Positions 1 to 10,114 of a stretch of DNA of 64,000 bases are shown in pieces. Location: IMG/VR virus record IMGVR_UViG_3300024270_000011; one strand, given 5' to 3'. Position 1 is the first letter of the stretch, and the number at the start of each line of letters is the position of its first letter. The notes beneath the pieces are model-generated. The model did not search any database. It worked only from the letters and a program-made list of their open reading frames with translations, and was not told the origin of the DNA. The position numbers were made by a program, and so were the translations under genes. The DNA comes from a virus (Duplodnaviria > Heunggongvirae > Uroviricota > Caudoviricetes).

Positions 1-1512
1 TGAGAACCGTCAACATCAGCATCTGCGGTAATAACAATCTTACCATAACGCAACTTACTTTCATCAACAATTACTTTACCATCTTTAATTTCCAAACCAA
101 ATGCATCAACCATGCCATTGATTTCTGCATTTTGTAGGGCTTTATGCAAATCTGCTTTCAAAACATTCAAAATCTTACCACGAACAGGGAAAACTGCCTG
201 TGTAAGTCTATTTCTTGCTTCCTTAGTTGAACCAGCAGCGGATTTACCCTCTACGATGAAAACTTCACATTCTGCTCTGTTCTTTGAGCTTGCATCAGCG
301 AGCGTACCAGGCAGAACCGCACGTTTCTTACTGTCAGTTTTACGCACAGTCTCTTTCGCTTTCTTCGCCTTTTCACGGGCCGCACGAGCGAGAAGAGCCT
401 TATCTACGATAGCTTTTGCGTCTTTTGGGTTACTATCTAACCAAATCTTGATTTCCTTAGAAACCAATCTCTGTACAACACCACGAGCCTCGCCAGAACT
501 TAACACTTCCTTAGTCTGACCAGAGAAAACTGGGTCGGGCATAATAAATGAAAGAACCAACACAAGTCCTTCCTTAAGCTCTTCACCAGAAATATTTGCA
601 TCTTTCTCTTTCAAAAGACCTTTTTCTCTTGCATATTCATTAATAGAAGAAGTCAATGCAGTTCTGAAGCCAGTTAAATGTGTACCGCCAGTATTAGGAA
701 TAGAGTTAGTATAAAGTCTATACATATCTGTATAAGAATCATTATACTGCATTGCAATTTTAACACCGAGTCTGTCTTCAACATTTTCTGTATAGAAAAC
801 AGAAGTAAGTGTTGTTTTGCCTTTATTTAAGTCGCTAATGTAATCTTGAATACCTCTTTGTGAAGTGATGGTTTCCTCTTTGTCTTTGAAATTCAACATG
901 AAAACCATACCAGGAGAAAGATATGCCAACTCCTGAATCTGTTTTCTCAAAGCGGTATAATCAAGTTCAATACCTTCTTTGAAAATTTCTGCATCTGGGA
1001 TATATGATACAGTTGTGCCAGTTGTAGTTTCTTTAGTCGCACTTTCGTTGTAACTAATTAATTCGCCCTTTGCAAACTTTGCAACGGCCTTCTTACCATC
1101 ACGAGTAGAAGTCACAGTGAAAGTTTTTGAAAGAGCGTTAGTTGCTTTTGCACCAACACCGTTCATACCACCAGAAGTATTATAGCCAGTTTTACCCGAA
1201 CTATCAAACTTCGCACCAGTATGCAACTTTGTATAAACATTTACCAGTGTTTCACTTCCATCTTCAGCTTTACCAAACGGAACACCACGACCATTATCTG
1301 CAATCGTAATGCTATTGTCTGCTCCTACTGTAATGGAACACATAGTACAATGTCCGTTAAGATATTCGTCAACTGCATTAGAAATGATTTCCAGTGTGAT
1401 GTGTCTGACACCTTCAGGTCCGATACTACCGATATACATACCAGGTCTTAGTCGAATCGCCTCGATACCTTCAAGTGTCTTAATGTCATTTACACCATAA
1501 TTAGACACCATA
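1..1512 (-). CDS. DNA topoisomerase II ATPase+Toprim subunit (GyrB / T4 gp39-like); C-terminal part lies beyond window edge
   Basis: Minus-strand ORF, ATG at 1512. Translation MVSNYGVND... carries GHKL ATPase motifs (GGMNGVGAKATNALS) and Toprim EGKSA and DADVDGSH motifs. Plus-strand ORF 112-519 is its antisense shadow. Confidence 0.85.
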
Positions 1513-1556
1513 GAATACTCCTTTCAAATTTGTTGAGATTTTTTCTTTACATATAT

Positions 1557-1585
1557 ATTATACCAAATTTTTTGAAAAAAATCAA
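1557..1585 (-). promoter_or_regulatory. SigA-type promoter module (TTGATT-N17-TGgTATAAT) driving the topoisomerase gene
   Basis: Read on the minus strand: -35 TTGATT, exact 17-bp spacer, extended -10 TGgTATAAT. Member of a ~28-copy conserved module. Confidence 0.65.
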
Positions 1586-1616
1586 GCTAAATTCTAAATG
1601 ACAAGCCAGACAAATA

Positions 1617-1652
1617 GAAAAAGGCCCTTAGGACAAAAATCCTAAGGGCCCC
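1617..1652 (-). terminator. rho-independent terminator ending the lysis operon
   Basis: GGGGCCCTTAGGA...TCCTAAGGGCC hairpin followed by a T-run on the minus strand, immediately 3' of the 1657 stop. Confidence 0.6.
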
Positions 1653-1656
1653 AATA

Positions 1657-2088
1657 TTAACCTGCGGCGTTTTCATCAAGTGGGTCGTTATTTCCACTCA
1701 TCATTGCCAAGTCGTCTGGAGTGTATTCTGCCAGAGTTGTTTCATATTTAATTCCGTTTTTGGTGTTTTCAGCTGTTGCTTTCTTATAATAGAATGCTTG
1801 GCTTACTCCATATGCCGTCCATGGAAACGCTGCCATAGCAGTTAACCAAGGAAGTTCACCAAAATATTGATTTTTAATGCAGATAAAAGCTAAAACCAAG
1901 AAAGTTATAGTAACAAGCCAAATTAAAGCAGTTTCTTGGACCAAAAGCCACTTGGAAAATTCTTGAGTGTGCTTTTTATTCTTCTTTGTTGTAGAGCGTC
2001 TGCGAGACTTAGACTCAGTTACTCTTTGAGAAGACGCATATGTAGCATATCTTTCTGCATATGTTTGTGGTTTCTTATTTTCAGCCAT
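1657..2088 (-). CDS. small membrane protein, putative holin
   Basis: 143-aa ORF with a central hydrophobic TM region and a charged N-terminus, located directly downstream of two peptidoglycan hydrolase genes. Confidence 0.45.
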   Translation of the reverse strand: MAENKKPQTYAERYATYASSQRVTESKSRRRSTTKKNKKHTQEFSKWLLVQETALIWLVTITFLVLAFICIKNQYFGELPWLTAMAAFPWTAYGVSQAFYYKKATAENTKNGIKYETTLAEYTPDDLAMMSGNNDPLDENAAG

Positions 2089-2090
2089 TT

Positions 2091-3101
2091 TTACACCTTC
2101 TTAGTGTATTTCAAGCTAATCCATCCTGCGCCAGATTTTAACTTACCCCATCCAGCTTTTTCTTCTACGATGGTATAAGCTTCATTCTTATGTACTACAG
2201 TATTAATTTTATATGTAGTGCCAGCACCTGCACGAACATTTAGCGCGCTTGCGGTAATACGAACTATATATGGAAGAGAATTTCCAGTAGATGCATTCGC
2301 AACATAGCTGAAATACTTATTGTTTGCGTTACTTACATAAGCATATCCGCAACCAGCACCAGGCCATACGATTTTATACCAACCAGCAGAAGTTCTTTCT
2401 AAAACTTCAACTTTAGCACCTTTGTTAACAGTACCAATAATCTTATAAGAAGTTTTAGGGCCAGTTCTTACATTCATATAGTCTAAAGCGGTAGCGGTAC
2501 CAATGCCCTTGCCGCAGTATTCTTTGTTTTCAATTGGTGCTACTGGTTCAATCTTACCAGAAGAAACGTCAGCTTTTGCGCCATTAGAAAGAACAAGAAC
2601 AGTATGACTATTCTCTTTTACAAGAATGTCGCCGCGTTGCAAATAAGCATCGCTTGTAAGATATTTACTATCAGTTAAAATTTGGAATTTACCAGTATTA
2701 GCAAAAGCAGTTCTCATATTACGAGTGGTTCTCATGTTTCCGCCTGCATATAAGATATCAGCACTAACGCCTGCACAAATTGCACACATAGAAACTAATG
2801 AGCTACAGTCGCACTCACAATCTACAGAAACTTTTGACATATCTAACCCAACTTTTTTAAGCTGAGCATAAAGAGTATTACGATTCCACTGGTCATAACC
2901 AATATGTTTATTTGCACAAGCTTGTTCCATTGCAATTGCCATTTTTTCAGCAATTTCAGGGTCAGTACATCTAATTAAAACATTCCAGTCTTTATTATAC
3001 CAGTTTCTTGTGCAAACTTCTTTAGCGGTCTGGTCGCCAGCTTGACCGCCAGCGCCCTTTCCGTTTTCATCTATACTTGCATGTCCGATTAATACAGCCA
3101 T
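2091..3101 (-). CDS. endolysin / cell-wall hydrolase with two C-terminal SH3b cell-wall-binding domains
   Basis: 336 aa. C-terminal repeats GWYKIVW and AGWGKLKSGAGWISLKYT are SH3_3-like. N-terminal catalytic-like domain. Adjacent to second hydrolase and holin. Confidence 0.65.
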   Translation of the reverse strand: MAVLIGHASIDENGKGAGGQAGDQTAKEVCTRNWYNKDWNVLIRCTDPEIAEKMAIAMEQACANKHIGYDQWNRNTLYAQLKKVGLDMSKVSVDCECDCSSLVSMCAICAGVSADILYAGGNMRTTRNMRTAFANTGKFQILTDSKYLTSDAYLQRGDILVKENSHTVLVLSNGAKADVSSGKIEPVAPIENKEYCGKGIGTATALDYMNVRTGPKTSYKIIGTVNKGAKVEVLERTSAGWYKIVWPGAGCGYAYVSNANNKYFSYVANASTGNSLPYIVRITASALNVRAGAGTTYKINTVVHKNEAYTIVEEKAGWGKLKSGAGWISLKYTKKV

Positions 3102-3117
3102 ATAGGACCTCCTTTAA

Positions 3118-5427
3118 TTACACCCTCTTGGTGTAGTTTAAACTAATCCAACCAGCTCCAGATTTGAGTTTACCCCAACCGTTCTTTTCAGCAACGATAG
3201 TGTAAACCTCACCCTTTCTAACTTGAGTTTTAACTTTAAAGTTAGTTCCTGCATCAGAACGAACATTCAAAATATCAGCAGTAATTCTTACTAAATATGA
3301 TTTAAATTCAGAGGTAGAAGAATTAGAAGTTGTCTGACCTACGATAGAACTCTTCTTAACTACGCCAGTAATAGCGCCGGTTCTCAAAGTAGAGAACACA
3401 ACTTCATCATTGCGGATTTCTCTTACATAGAGAACACTCTTAAATACCCAAGCTGGAATATTACGACCAGTTGAATATGTAGCTCCTTCAACGAGCTTAA
3501 TAGTGTCGCCCACCTTTAATCCTTCGGTTGCAGCAGGCGGAGTAACAGTTTCGATTTTGTTAGGATATACCTGTACGCCTTTTGAGTTGTAAACGAAATA
3601 TCCATCACCAGCCTGGTCACAGCATTTCTTAGCATTTGCAAGAGAGGTAAAAGCACCTTTTTGAGAAGCTGCATTAGTCCAGCTCTTACGAACTCTATAC
3701 ATTTCACCAGCGGTTGGTTTTTCAGGGTCTGGGGTAACAGTAGTGCTCCCAGAGTCATTTAACAACTTCGCTACATCGTTACGAACATCATCCATATCCT
3801 TACCATATTTTCTAAACCAGTGCATTACGTCACCATGATTAGAACCAAAACCTAAATCATGAGACTCACAGTGGCAAGTAATAACAGGAACCTTAACTCC
3901 ATTCTTAGTTACAGTTCCTTTTGGATTTAAATTATACATCTTACATAAGTAAGCAGTAATTTCGCAAGCTTCTTTATAAACAGTTTCAAAATATTCTTTA
4001 CTATTTAAAGAATCTTCACAAATTTCAAACTGAATCCATCCGTCATTTAAAGAACCTTTAGAGCCACTGCCGCAACCCCATGGACGATAGTTCCAAGGCA
4101 TTGTCTGAACAGTAGTAACAGTTCCATCGGCAAGCTTACCAATCCAGCAGTTAAGACCAGCTTGACGTTCAATGTGGTTCCAGTCATTTTTGTTATTATT
4201 AGTTCCCAAAAGTTTCATAAGTTCAACATAGTTTTTATCATTAGAACTTGGTTGAACGTATCTCTTAAGGGTTGGGTTATTTGCACCTGTGCTGTGCCAA
4301 AGTACACCCAATACATTCATTGTACGAGTTCCTTTATAGCATGTAGAGTTAGTCATCATACATACTAATGGCTTATTACTTGAGTTGTACTTCATTTTAT
4401 TACCTCCAGTATTAGTTCCAGTAGTCGTGTTTGCTGATTTTGAAGCATATGAGTCATAGTACTTCTGACCATAGCTTGCGCGTTTATTTTGAACAGTTAC
4501 GCTTTGGTCTGCTGGTCTTTCGAACTTCAAGAGAACACTATTAGATGCCTCCAATACAGAAGTAGCTTCGCAAAGCACCTTGAGAACTGAATTTTTGTAC
4601 CCTTCGCTTAATTCTTTATATAAAAAATCAAGCTGCATATTTAAGTCACCAATTGACTTGTTAACGGAATTTGCATAGTTCAAAAGATTCTGCTTACGAG
4701 ACCAATAGGTCCATTGAGCTAATCCATATCCTGCGCTATCCTTTACGAAATTGGTATATTTACCCTGGTCAACTGCGGCTGTATATTCAGCATCAGTATA
4801 TCCCAATTTTTTCTCGTAAGTGTTTTGAAGATTAGTAGGTTTCAAGCCAGACTCAGCGTAAAGGTTACCCATTAAACCAGCAATACCATAATCATTAAGA
4901 CCTTTTGCCTTAAAATAATCCCAGATTACTTTAGGGTCTGCCGCAGATGTATTTACTGCGCTTGTATCAATCTTAGTATCAGTTGCCACAGTAGTACCTC
5001 CAAATGTTGAGCGAGAAGCTTCATTTTGGCCGTACCAGAAAGATTTAGTGGTTCTTGTGTCCACATGAACAAAAAATCCATCGCTATTGGTTTCATATAA
5101 TCCAATACCGAGGATTCCAATACTCTCTGCGTATTTTGCAATTTCTGCAGGAGTTACTCCAGTGATGTAGATATCTGCGGCCTGACCTTTTGCATGGCGA
5201 GAACCAGTTGCGCCGCCTACATTTTTGTTATGGGTTGCACATCTATAACCAGAACTAATATTGACAGGTTTGCCAAAATGCTCTCTAATCTGTTGTAAAT
5301 AAGTTACGAGCTTGTCATCGACAAGTGTAGAAGAGCAACATCCTGAACCGTGGCAATCAAACTCTGTGGATTTGAAGTTTGAACTAAGTTGAGTAGAACT
5401 ACCCTTAACAAAAGTTTTAATAGCCAT
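3118..5427 (-). CDS. multidomain peptidoglycan hydrolase: M15 (VanY-like) peptidase + lysozyme-like + Amidase_2/PGRP + SH3b
   Basis: 769 aa. SGYRCATHNKNVGGATGSRHAKGQAADI matches M15 zinc peptidase motifs. GLAQWTYW is a lysozyme-like region. WHSTG...CHCESHDLG is amidase-like. C-terminal GWGKLKSGAGWISLNY is an SH3b repeat. Confidence 0.7.
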   Translation of the reverse strand: MAIKTFVKGSSTQLSSNFKSTEFDCHGSGCCSSTLVDDKLVTYLQQIREHFGKPVNISSGYRCATHNKNVGGATGSRHAKGQAADIYITGVTPAEIAKYAESIGILGIGLYETNSDGFFVHVDTRTTKSFWYGQNEASRSTFGGTTVATDTKIDTSAVNTSAADPKVIWDYFKAKGLNDYGIAGLMGNLYAESGLKPTNLQNTYEKKLGYTDAEYTAAVDQGKYTNFVKDSAGYGLAQWTYWSRKQNLLNYANSVNKSIGDLNMQLDFLYKELSEGYKNSVLKVLCEATSVLEASNSVLLKFERPADQSVTVQNKRASYGQKYYDSYASKSANTTTGTNTGGNKMKYNSSNKPLVCMMTNSTCYKGTRTMNVLGVLWHSTGANNPTLKRYVQPSSNDKNYVELMKLLGTNNNKNDWNHIERQAGLNCWIGKLADGTVTTVQTMPWNYRPWGCGSGSKGSLNDGWIQFEICEDSLNSKEYFETVYKEACEITAYLCKMYNLNPKGTVTKNGVKVPVITCHCESHDLGFGSNHGDVMHWFRKYGKDMDDVRNDVAKLLNDSGSTTVTPDPEKPTAGEMYRVRKSWTNAASQKGAFTSLANAKKCCDQAGDGYFVYNSKGVQVYPNKIETVTPPAATEGLKVGDTIKLVEGATYSTGRNIPAWVFKSVLYVREIRNDEVVFSTLRTGAITGVVKKSSIVGQTTSNSSTSEFKSYLVRITADILNVRSDAGTNFKVKTQVRKGEVYTIVAEKNGWGKLKSGAGWISLNYTKRV

Positions 5428-5460
5428 TTTAGTCTATTCTCCCTTCTTAAATTTGTGCAT

Positions 5461-5491
5461 AAAAAAACCAAGTGGCTTTATTGCCACTTGG
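5461..5491 (-). terminator. rho-independent terminator after phoH-like gene
   Basis: CCAAGTGGC...GCCACTTGG hairpin followed by a T7 run on the minus strand. Confidence 0.6.
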
Positions 5492-5499
5492 TCTAATTA

Positions 5500-6738
5500 T
5501 CACATATTTTCAGCAATCATCGCAATCTTTGAACGATGGATATTCTTAAGAGTTACCTCTCCATAAATATCTGAACCTCTAAAGACGCGAGAAGCTCGTT
5601 TCATACCATTGTTAGCACCAGCAAACTCAATACTATCAACCTGAGTCTTGCAGTCACCATCAATAATACAAATGCTGTCTTCTCCAATACGTTGGAGAGC
5701 GAGCTTCATGAGTGAAATATCTAAATTCTGGGCTTCGGAGATATAAATGCCAGCGCGCATGCCAGTTGTATCATATCCACGAATGTCAGACATTGGTAAA
5801 AGAACAAGTTTCTCTTCTTGAATCATTCTTTCTACCTCAATCTTACCTCCGAATTTACTACTTAACAGGTTTCCGATTTGTGAATCCAAAAGTTTTTCAT
5901 CACGGGTTCCAGGATAGAATCCTAACTTAGCGGAATTCTTAGTCGCTACAGTATTACAGAACACAATGATTTTATCCAACTTGCCTTTATCAAGACGATT
6001 TAAAAGGAAACCAAGAGCTAAATAAGTCTTACCAGAGCCAGCTGGGCCTTTTAACATGGTAATTTGATTATTAGCTAAACTATCAGCCGCAAAAGCTTGA
6101 TAGACATCCCCCTTCATCGGACGAACATCTCCAAACCACTTAGAATTAAATGTTTGGTAATCGAGGTGACGATAAGCTTCACCAGTCCAACAAAGTCTAT
6201 CTACGATTTCTCCACCATCTTTCTCCTTAACAATTAGATATTGATTTGGAAGAAGATTGAAGCGGTTTTCATTAAAGTTAGAGTAAAACTCACCCATTTC
6301 GTCATTGTTTAAAGAAACTTCTACGAAACCAGTGTAATCGTCCTCATTATCTTCGTTAACACTTGCTACGTCTGCGAAGAAAATTCTTGCGATAGTTTTC
6401 AGAGCGAGGTCATTAGTATAAAAACATACTTCATCGCCCTTTGCGCAATCAATGGCGCATGCGAGAATTTTACTATCGTTAGTAATGGTTAATTCTGCCT
6501 CCTGGATGGGAATGAGCATTTTTTCCTTAAAAATAACGATTTTAAACTTCCCGATGTTTTCGTCTAACATATGTAATAGTTTACGAGCCGCATATTTGAC
6601 CTCTTGGTCTTTGTTAGATGAGGTCTTGATATTTTCAAGCTCATCAAGTGTAATGGATGAAATCGCAAATGGGATATTTTCTTCAAACAGACTATCTACC
6701 TTTAGTAGTAGGCTGCTTGTATCATAAAAGTTAATCAT
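5500..6738 (-). CDS. phoH: PhoH-like ATPase with N-terminal PIN domain (YlaK-like)
   Basis: 412 aa. Walker A GPAGSGKT. PhoH family architecture with N-terminal PIN-like domain. Confidence 0.8.
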   Translation of the reverse strand: MINFYDTSSLLLKVDSLFEENIPFAISSITLDELENIKTSSNKDQEVKYAARKLLHMLDENIGKFKIVIFKEKMLIPIQEAELTITNDSKILACAIDCAKGDEVCFYTNDLALKTIARIFFADVASVNEDNEDDYTGFVEVSLNNDEMGEFYSNFNENRFNLLPNQYLIVKEKDGGEIVDRLCWTGEAYRHLDYQTFNSKWFGDVRPMKGDVYQAFAADSLANNQITMLKGPAGSGKTYLALGFLLNRLDKGKLDKIIVFCNTVATKNSAKLGFYPGTRDEKLLDSQIGNLLSSKFGGKIEVERMIQEEKLVLLPMSDIRGYDTTGMRAGIYISEAQNLDISLMKLALQRIGEDSICIIDGDCKTQVDSIEFAGANNGMKRASRVFRGSDIYGEVTLKNIHRSKIAMIAENM

Positions 6739-6979
6739 CGTAGTCCTCCTCGTCTTCTTCTTCTACCTCTACTGGTGCAGGGACGCAAAAGCCAATCTGG
6801 CGTTTAGGCGGCTCTTCTGGTGTAAGTTTGTCTTGAACATCCTTTTGCATTAAAGCCAATTTAACTGAAAGTTTACCTTTCAATACCTCAAGCCATGTCA
6901 TAATGACAGTTGCGAGTGCATCAAGAATAGGCCATAGGAATGACGCGAATAACATACCTGCTAAAAAATATAGTAACAC
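6731..6979 (-). CDS. small membrane protein with acidic C-terminus
   Basis: 82-aa ORF, hydrophobic N-terminus, EEEDEEDYDD tail. 8-bp overlap with phoH start. Confidence 0.4.
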   Translation of the reverse strand: MLLYFLAGMLFASFLWPILDALATVIMTWLEVLKGKLSVKLALMQKDVQDKLTPEEPPKRQIGFCVPAPVEVEEEDEEDYDD

Positions 6980-7021
6980 AGATATAGAAAATCACCCCTT
7001 TGAAATTTCTTTCATTCCTAC

Positions 7022-7486
7022 TTAAGATTCAAAGAATAAAGATTGTTGGGCTTTGGCCATTCTTCTTAAACGGACACGGGTATAAAATTTTTCTTTTTCG
7101 TCGATAATCTCGTATAGGTTTTGCAGTTCTGTAGCTATGATGTTCTTAGCTGTAGCTAAATCATTTTCAGTCATGCGAATGTGTCTTTGTAACATAATAT
7201 TTTCATAGCCTCTGGGATTAAAACGAGAACTGTGTTTCATATTGTAATAAAGCCTGTTCAAGGCATTTAACTCGCACTTGAGTTCATCCCTATGACCACG
7301 AAGAGCATTGATTCTTGCGCGACGGTATGCAAGTTCGCAACCAGTCTTCTCGCTCATCATGTCTGAATCATCTGGATGACATGCCGCAGTTCCAACATAA
7401 GTTTTACCAGTAGTAGCATCAGTCAAAGTACAAGTTGCGTATCCAACCTCTTCATCCCAGGTAAAAATTGGGTCTAACTTAGTCAT
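7022..7486 (-). CDS. hypothetical protein
   Basis: 154-aa ORF immediately downstream of promoter module 7519-7547. Confidence 0.5.
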   Translation of the reverse strand: MTKLDPIFTWDEEVGYATCTLTDATTGKTYVGTAACHPDDSDMMSEKTGCELAYRRARINALRGHRDELKCELNALNRLYYNMKHSSRFNPRGYENIMLQRHIRMTENDLATAKNIIATELQNLYEIIDEKEKFYTRVRLRRMAKAQQSLFFES

Positions 7487-7518
7487 ATGAATAACCTCCT
7501 TTATAGATTTATATTTAT

Positions 7519-7547
7519 ATTATACCAAAAAATATAGGAAAAGTCAA
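7519..7547 (-). promoter_or_regulatory. SigA-type promoter module (TTGACT-N17-TGgTATAAT)
   Basis: Minus-strand -35 TTGACT, 17-bp spacer, -10 TATAAT. Upstream of 7486 start. Confidence 0.6.
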
Positions 7548-7679
7548 ATGGGCACTATTTGGAAATTTTTTTCCTATGGGCGATTTTTTGACGACAACGG
7601 TCGTCAAGGGTGGTCACGAAGAAAAAATGGTATGAAAAATCCCCAAGGCTTGCGCCCTGGGGACTATATGTATTATGCG

Positions 7680-9212
7680 TTAGTTGTTCTCACCATTGGT
7701 AACAATCTTAGCGCCGAGCATACCAGTGAGCAGAGTCTTAAGGTCGATACCCAAGGACTCAGCCATACCCTCAGAAATCTGAGTAGTAGTGCTCATGATG
7801 TTGCCAGCGAGCTGACCGGAGTCATTACCCAGCATGACAATCTTGTCAACGCCCTGGTAGCCTTCACCAACCGCACGAGCGATTTCAGGCAGCTGCTCGA
7901 AGTAAGTCTTGATGGCCTGCATCTGCATGTCTGCCATAGCAGCGTCACCGTACTGCTTCATAGCCTCAGCCTTCTCACGAAGACCGTCTGCCTCAGCCTG
8001 GAGCTTAGCCTTGATGGCTTCAGCCTCAGCGAGACCCTTTGCCTGTGCCGCAGCAGCTTCTGCTTCACCCTGTGCACGAACTGCATCTGCAAGAGCCTTC
8101 TTAGCTGCAGCTTCTGCCTGAGCGAGAGCCAGGTCAGCTTCAGCCTTCTTCTCTGCCTCAATCTTAGCAGCTTCTGCCAGTCTCTGACGCTCGAAGAGGT
8201 CAGCCTCAGCGGCCTTCTGAGTCTTGTACAGAGCGGCGTCCGCAGCCTGCTGTTCAGCGTACTTCTTAGCTTCAGCAGTCTTCTTGATTTCAGCTTCCAG
8301 TGCCTTTTCCTTGATGGCTACGGCACGTTCCTGGAGCTCGATTTCCTTCTCCTGACGAGCAAGGTTAGCGTTAGCGGTTGCAATTTCCTGCTCTCTACGC
8401 TGGTTCTCAGCCTCAATCTGCTTAGCAGCATCAGCCTTAGCCTGCTCAGTGTCAGCCTGCTTCTGAAGTTCTGCCTTACGGATTGCGAATTCAGTCTGCT
8501 TCTGAGCAATCTCAGTTGCAGCTGCAACCTTAGCATCGTTGGCGTCCTTGTCGGCCTGAGCCTGTGCTACAGCAACCTCAGCCTTAGCCTTAGCAGCTGC
8601 GATGGAAGCTTCCTTACGAATCTTTTCGATGTTGTCAACACCGAGGTCCTGAATCACACCATTTCTATCAGAGAAGTTCTGAATGTTGAAAGTGGTGAGG
8701 TCGATACCAAGGTCTGCAAGGTTAGGAGTAACGTTCTCCTGAATCTTCTCAGCGAATGCCTTCTTGTCGCCGCGAATCAAATCTTCGAAACGAGTCTGGG
8801 AAATGATTTCACGAATGTTACCTTCGAGAACAGGAATTACAATGTCTCGAATCTGAGCCACAGTGTAGCCAGCAAACTTGCTTGCCGCGATGCTCTGACG
8901 AGCAGGGTCAAGAGAAATGCTCATGTTCGCAACTGCATCAACGAGCACATGGATAGCATCCTGAGTAGGAATCTCATTACGAGAAGTGAAGTCTACCTGA
9001 ATGTTTTCCAGTGTCATGCGCTGAACACGCTGAAGCAGAGGAATTACGAAGATACCGCCGCCAGTCTTGCGCTTAACCTTACCCATACCAGAGATGATAA
9101 GGACTTCGTTAGTGCCAGCAACCTTCCAGCAGCTCTTAATCAGAACAATTACCAGAACGATTGCGATGAGGGCGATGCCCACAGTGGAAATAATAGGAAT
9201 CAATACATCCAT
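7680..9212 (-). CDS. flotillin-like SPFH/band-7 domain protein with long Ala/Glu/Lys-rich coiled coil
   Basis: 510 aa. N-terminal TM helix, SPFH core (IQVDFTSRNEIPTQDAIHVLVDAV...) and a ~200-aa AEAKA-type coiled coil typical of flotillin/YqiK. Locally GC-rich. Plus ORF 7548-9218 is its shadow. Confidence 0.75.
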   Translation of the reverse strand: MDVLIPIISTVGIALIAIVLVIVLIKSCWKVAGTNEVLIISGMGKVKRKTGGGIFVIPLLQRVQRMTLENIQVDFTSRNEIPTQDAIHVLVDAVANMSISLDPARQSIAASKFAGYTVAQIRDIVIPVLEGNIREIISQTRFEDLIRGDKKAFAEKIQENVTPNLADLGIDLTTFNIQNFSDRNGVIQDLGVDNIEKIRKEASIAAAKAKAEVAVAQAQADKDANDAKVAAATEIAQKQTEFAIRKAELQKQADTEQAKADAAKQIEAENQRREQEIATANANLARQEKEIELQERAVAIKEKALEAEIKKTAEAKKYAEQQAADAALYKTQKAAEADLFERQRLAEAAKIEAEKKAEADLALAQAEAAAKKALADAVRAQGEAEAAAAQAKGLAEAEAIKAKLQAEADGLREKAEAMKQYGDAAMADMQMQAIKTYFEQLPEIARAVGEGYQGVDKIVMLGNDSGQLAGNIMSTTTQISEGMAESLGIDLKTLLTGMLGAKIVTNGENN

Positions 9213-9260
9213 TCTTAGTTCTCCTTTTTCTTATCATATTTTGTTTTCAAAGTACATATA

Positions 9261-9566
9261 TTAGCAGTGCCATTCGCACTTAACTAACCAAAAGATTCTT
9301 CGACCTTGGCGGTATCTGACCGCGTGGTCATCATACCAACCTTTATCGAATTTTTCAATCGCCTTTTCGGCTTCCTCTCGGTTTTTGTAAACCGGCTCCT
9401 TATGGAAAGTTAAGTTACCGTGGTAACCACAACTCTCCTGAGGGTCATAAGCAAAACTGTTGAGGTCTTTCAGAATTGCTCGCTCACTTGTTGAACAGTG
9501 ATAGTCCAAATGTCGGATTGCGTGGCTCATTCTTGTTCCTCGCTCTCCCCAAGCATTGCGATACAT
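9261..9566 (-). CDS. hypothetical protein
   Basis: 101-aa ORF, Cys/His-containing, no recognizable motif. Confidence 0.4.
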   Translation of the reverse strand: MYRNAWGERGTRMSHAIRHLDYHCSTSERAILKDLNSFAYDPQESCGYHGNLTFHKEPVYKNREEAEKAIEKFDKGWYDDHAVRYRQGRRIFWLVKCEWHC

Positions 9567-10114
9567 TCAGCAGCCTTTGTCTTAATATCCTCAATGATGG
9601 TATCAATGTCAACAGGATAGCAGTCGTGAGAGTCCATACCTACATGGTACATAAATGGAATATCCTGATAGAAGTTATCTTTCTGATGGGTGTGACCATA
9701 CAGATTGATAGTATGTTCACGCAGGCTTGCTCCCTTTTCCAAATTGGAAGTCATTGTTGGGTAATGACTGATGTAGAAGCGAATCTTCTTATAAGTCACG
9801 ACATCTGCGTACTTGCCGCACTCAACGACATTTGGAGCGTCTGCGTAAGCCTTAACACGAGGGTTTGTGTCATGGTTTCCTCGCATCATAATGATATGAC
9901 CATTAAGACGCTTTAGGAATTCCATTCCCCTTTCAGTGTCATTCAGCATACCGTCGCCCAGGTGATACACGGTATCCTCGGGCGCAACCACGCTATTCCA
10001 TCTTTGTACGATGGCTTCATTCATATCTTCGACATTCGTGAAGCCTCTTGGTTCATACAAGAACCCTCGGTCGTGACAGAAGTGAGTATCGCTTGTGAAC
10101 CAAATTTTACTCAT
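9527..10114 (-). CDS. calcineurin-like metallophosphoesterase
   Basis: Motifs SDTHF, GDG, GNHD. Start adjusted to MSKIWFTSDTHF inside the longer tracked ORF. Confidence 0.7.
   Translation of the reverse strand: MSKIWFTSDTHFCHDRGFLYEPRGFTNVEDMNEAIVQRWNSVVAPEDTVYHLGDGMLNDTERGMEFLKRLNGHIIMMRGNHDTNPRVKAYADAPNVVECGKYADVVTYKKIRFYISHYPTMTSNLEKGASLREHTINLYGHTHQKDNFYQDIPFMYHVGMDSHDCYPVDIDTIIEDIKTKAAECIAMLGESEEQE

Noticed and set aside
7548-9218. 556-aa plus-strand ORF (also 13082-14656 +, 17816-20113 +, 26495-27265 +, 44654-45316 +, 112-519 +)
   Set aside because: Leu/Ser-rich low-complexity translations lying exactly antisense to minus-strand genes that have clear family motifs (flotillin, NAMPT, MVP, RNA ligase, AAA ATPase, topoisomerase). 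No promoter modules face the plus strand. Treated as shadow ORFs.
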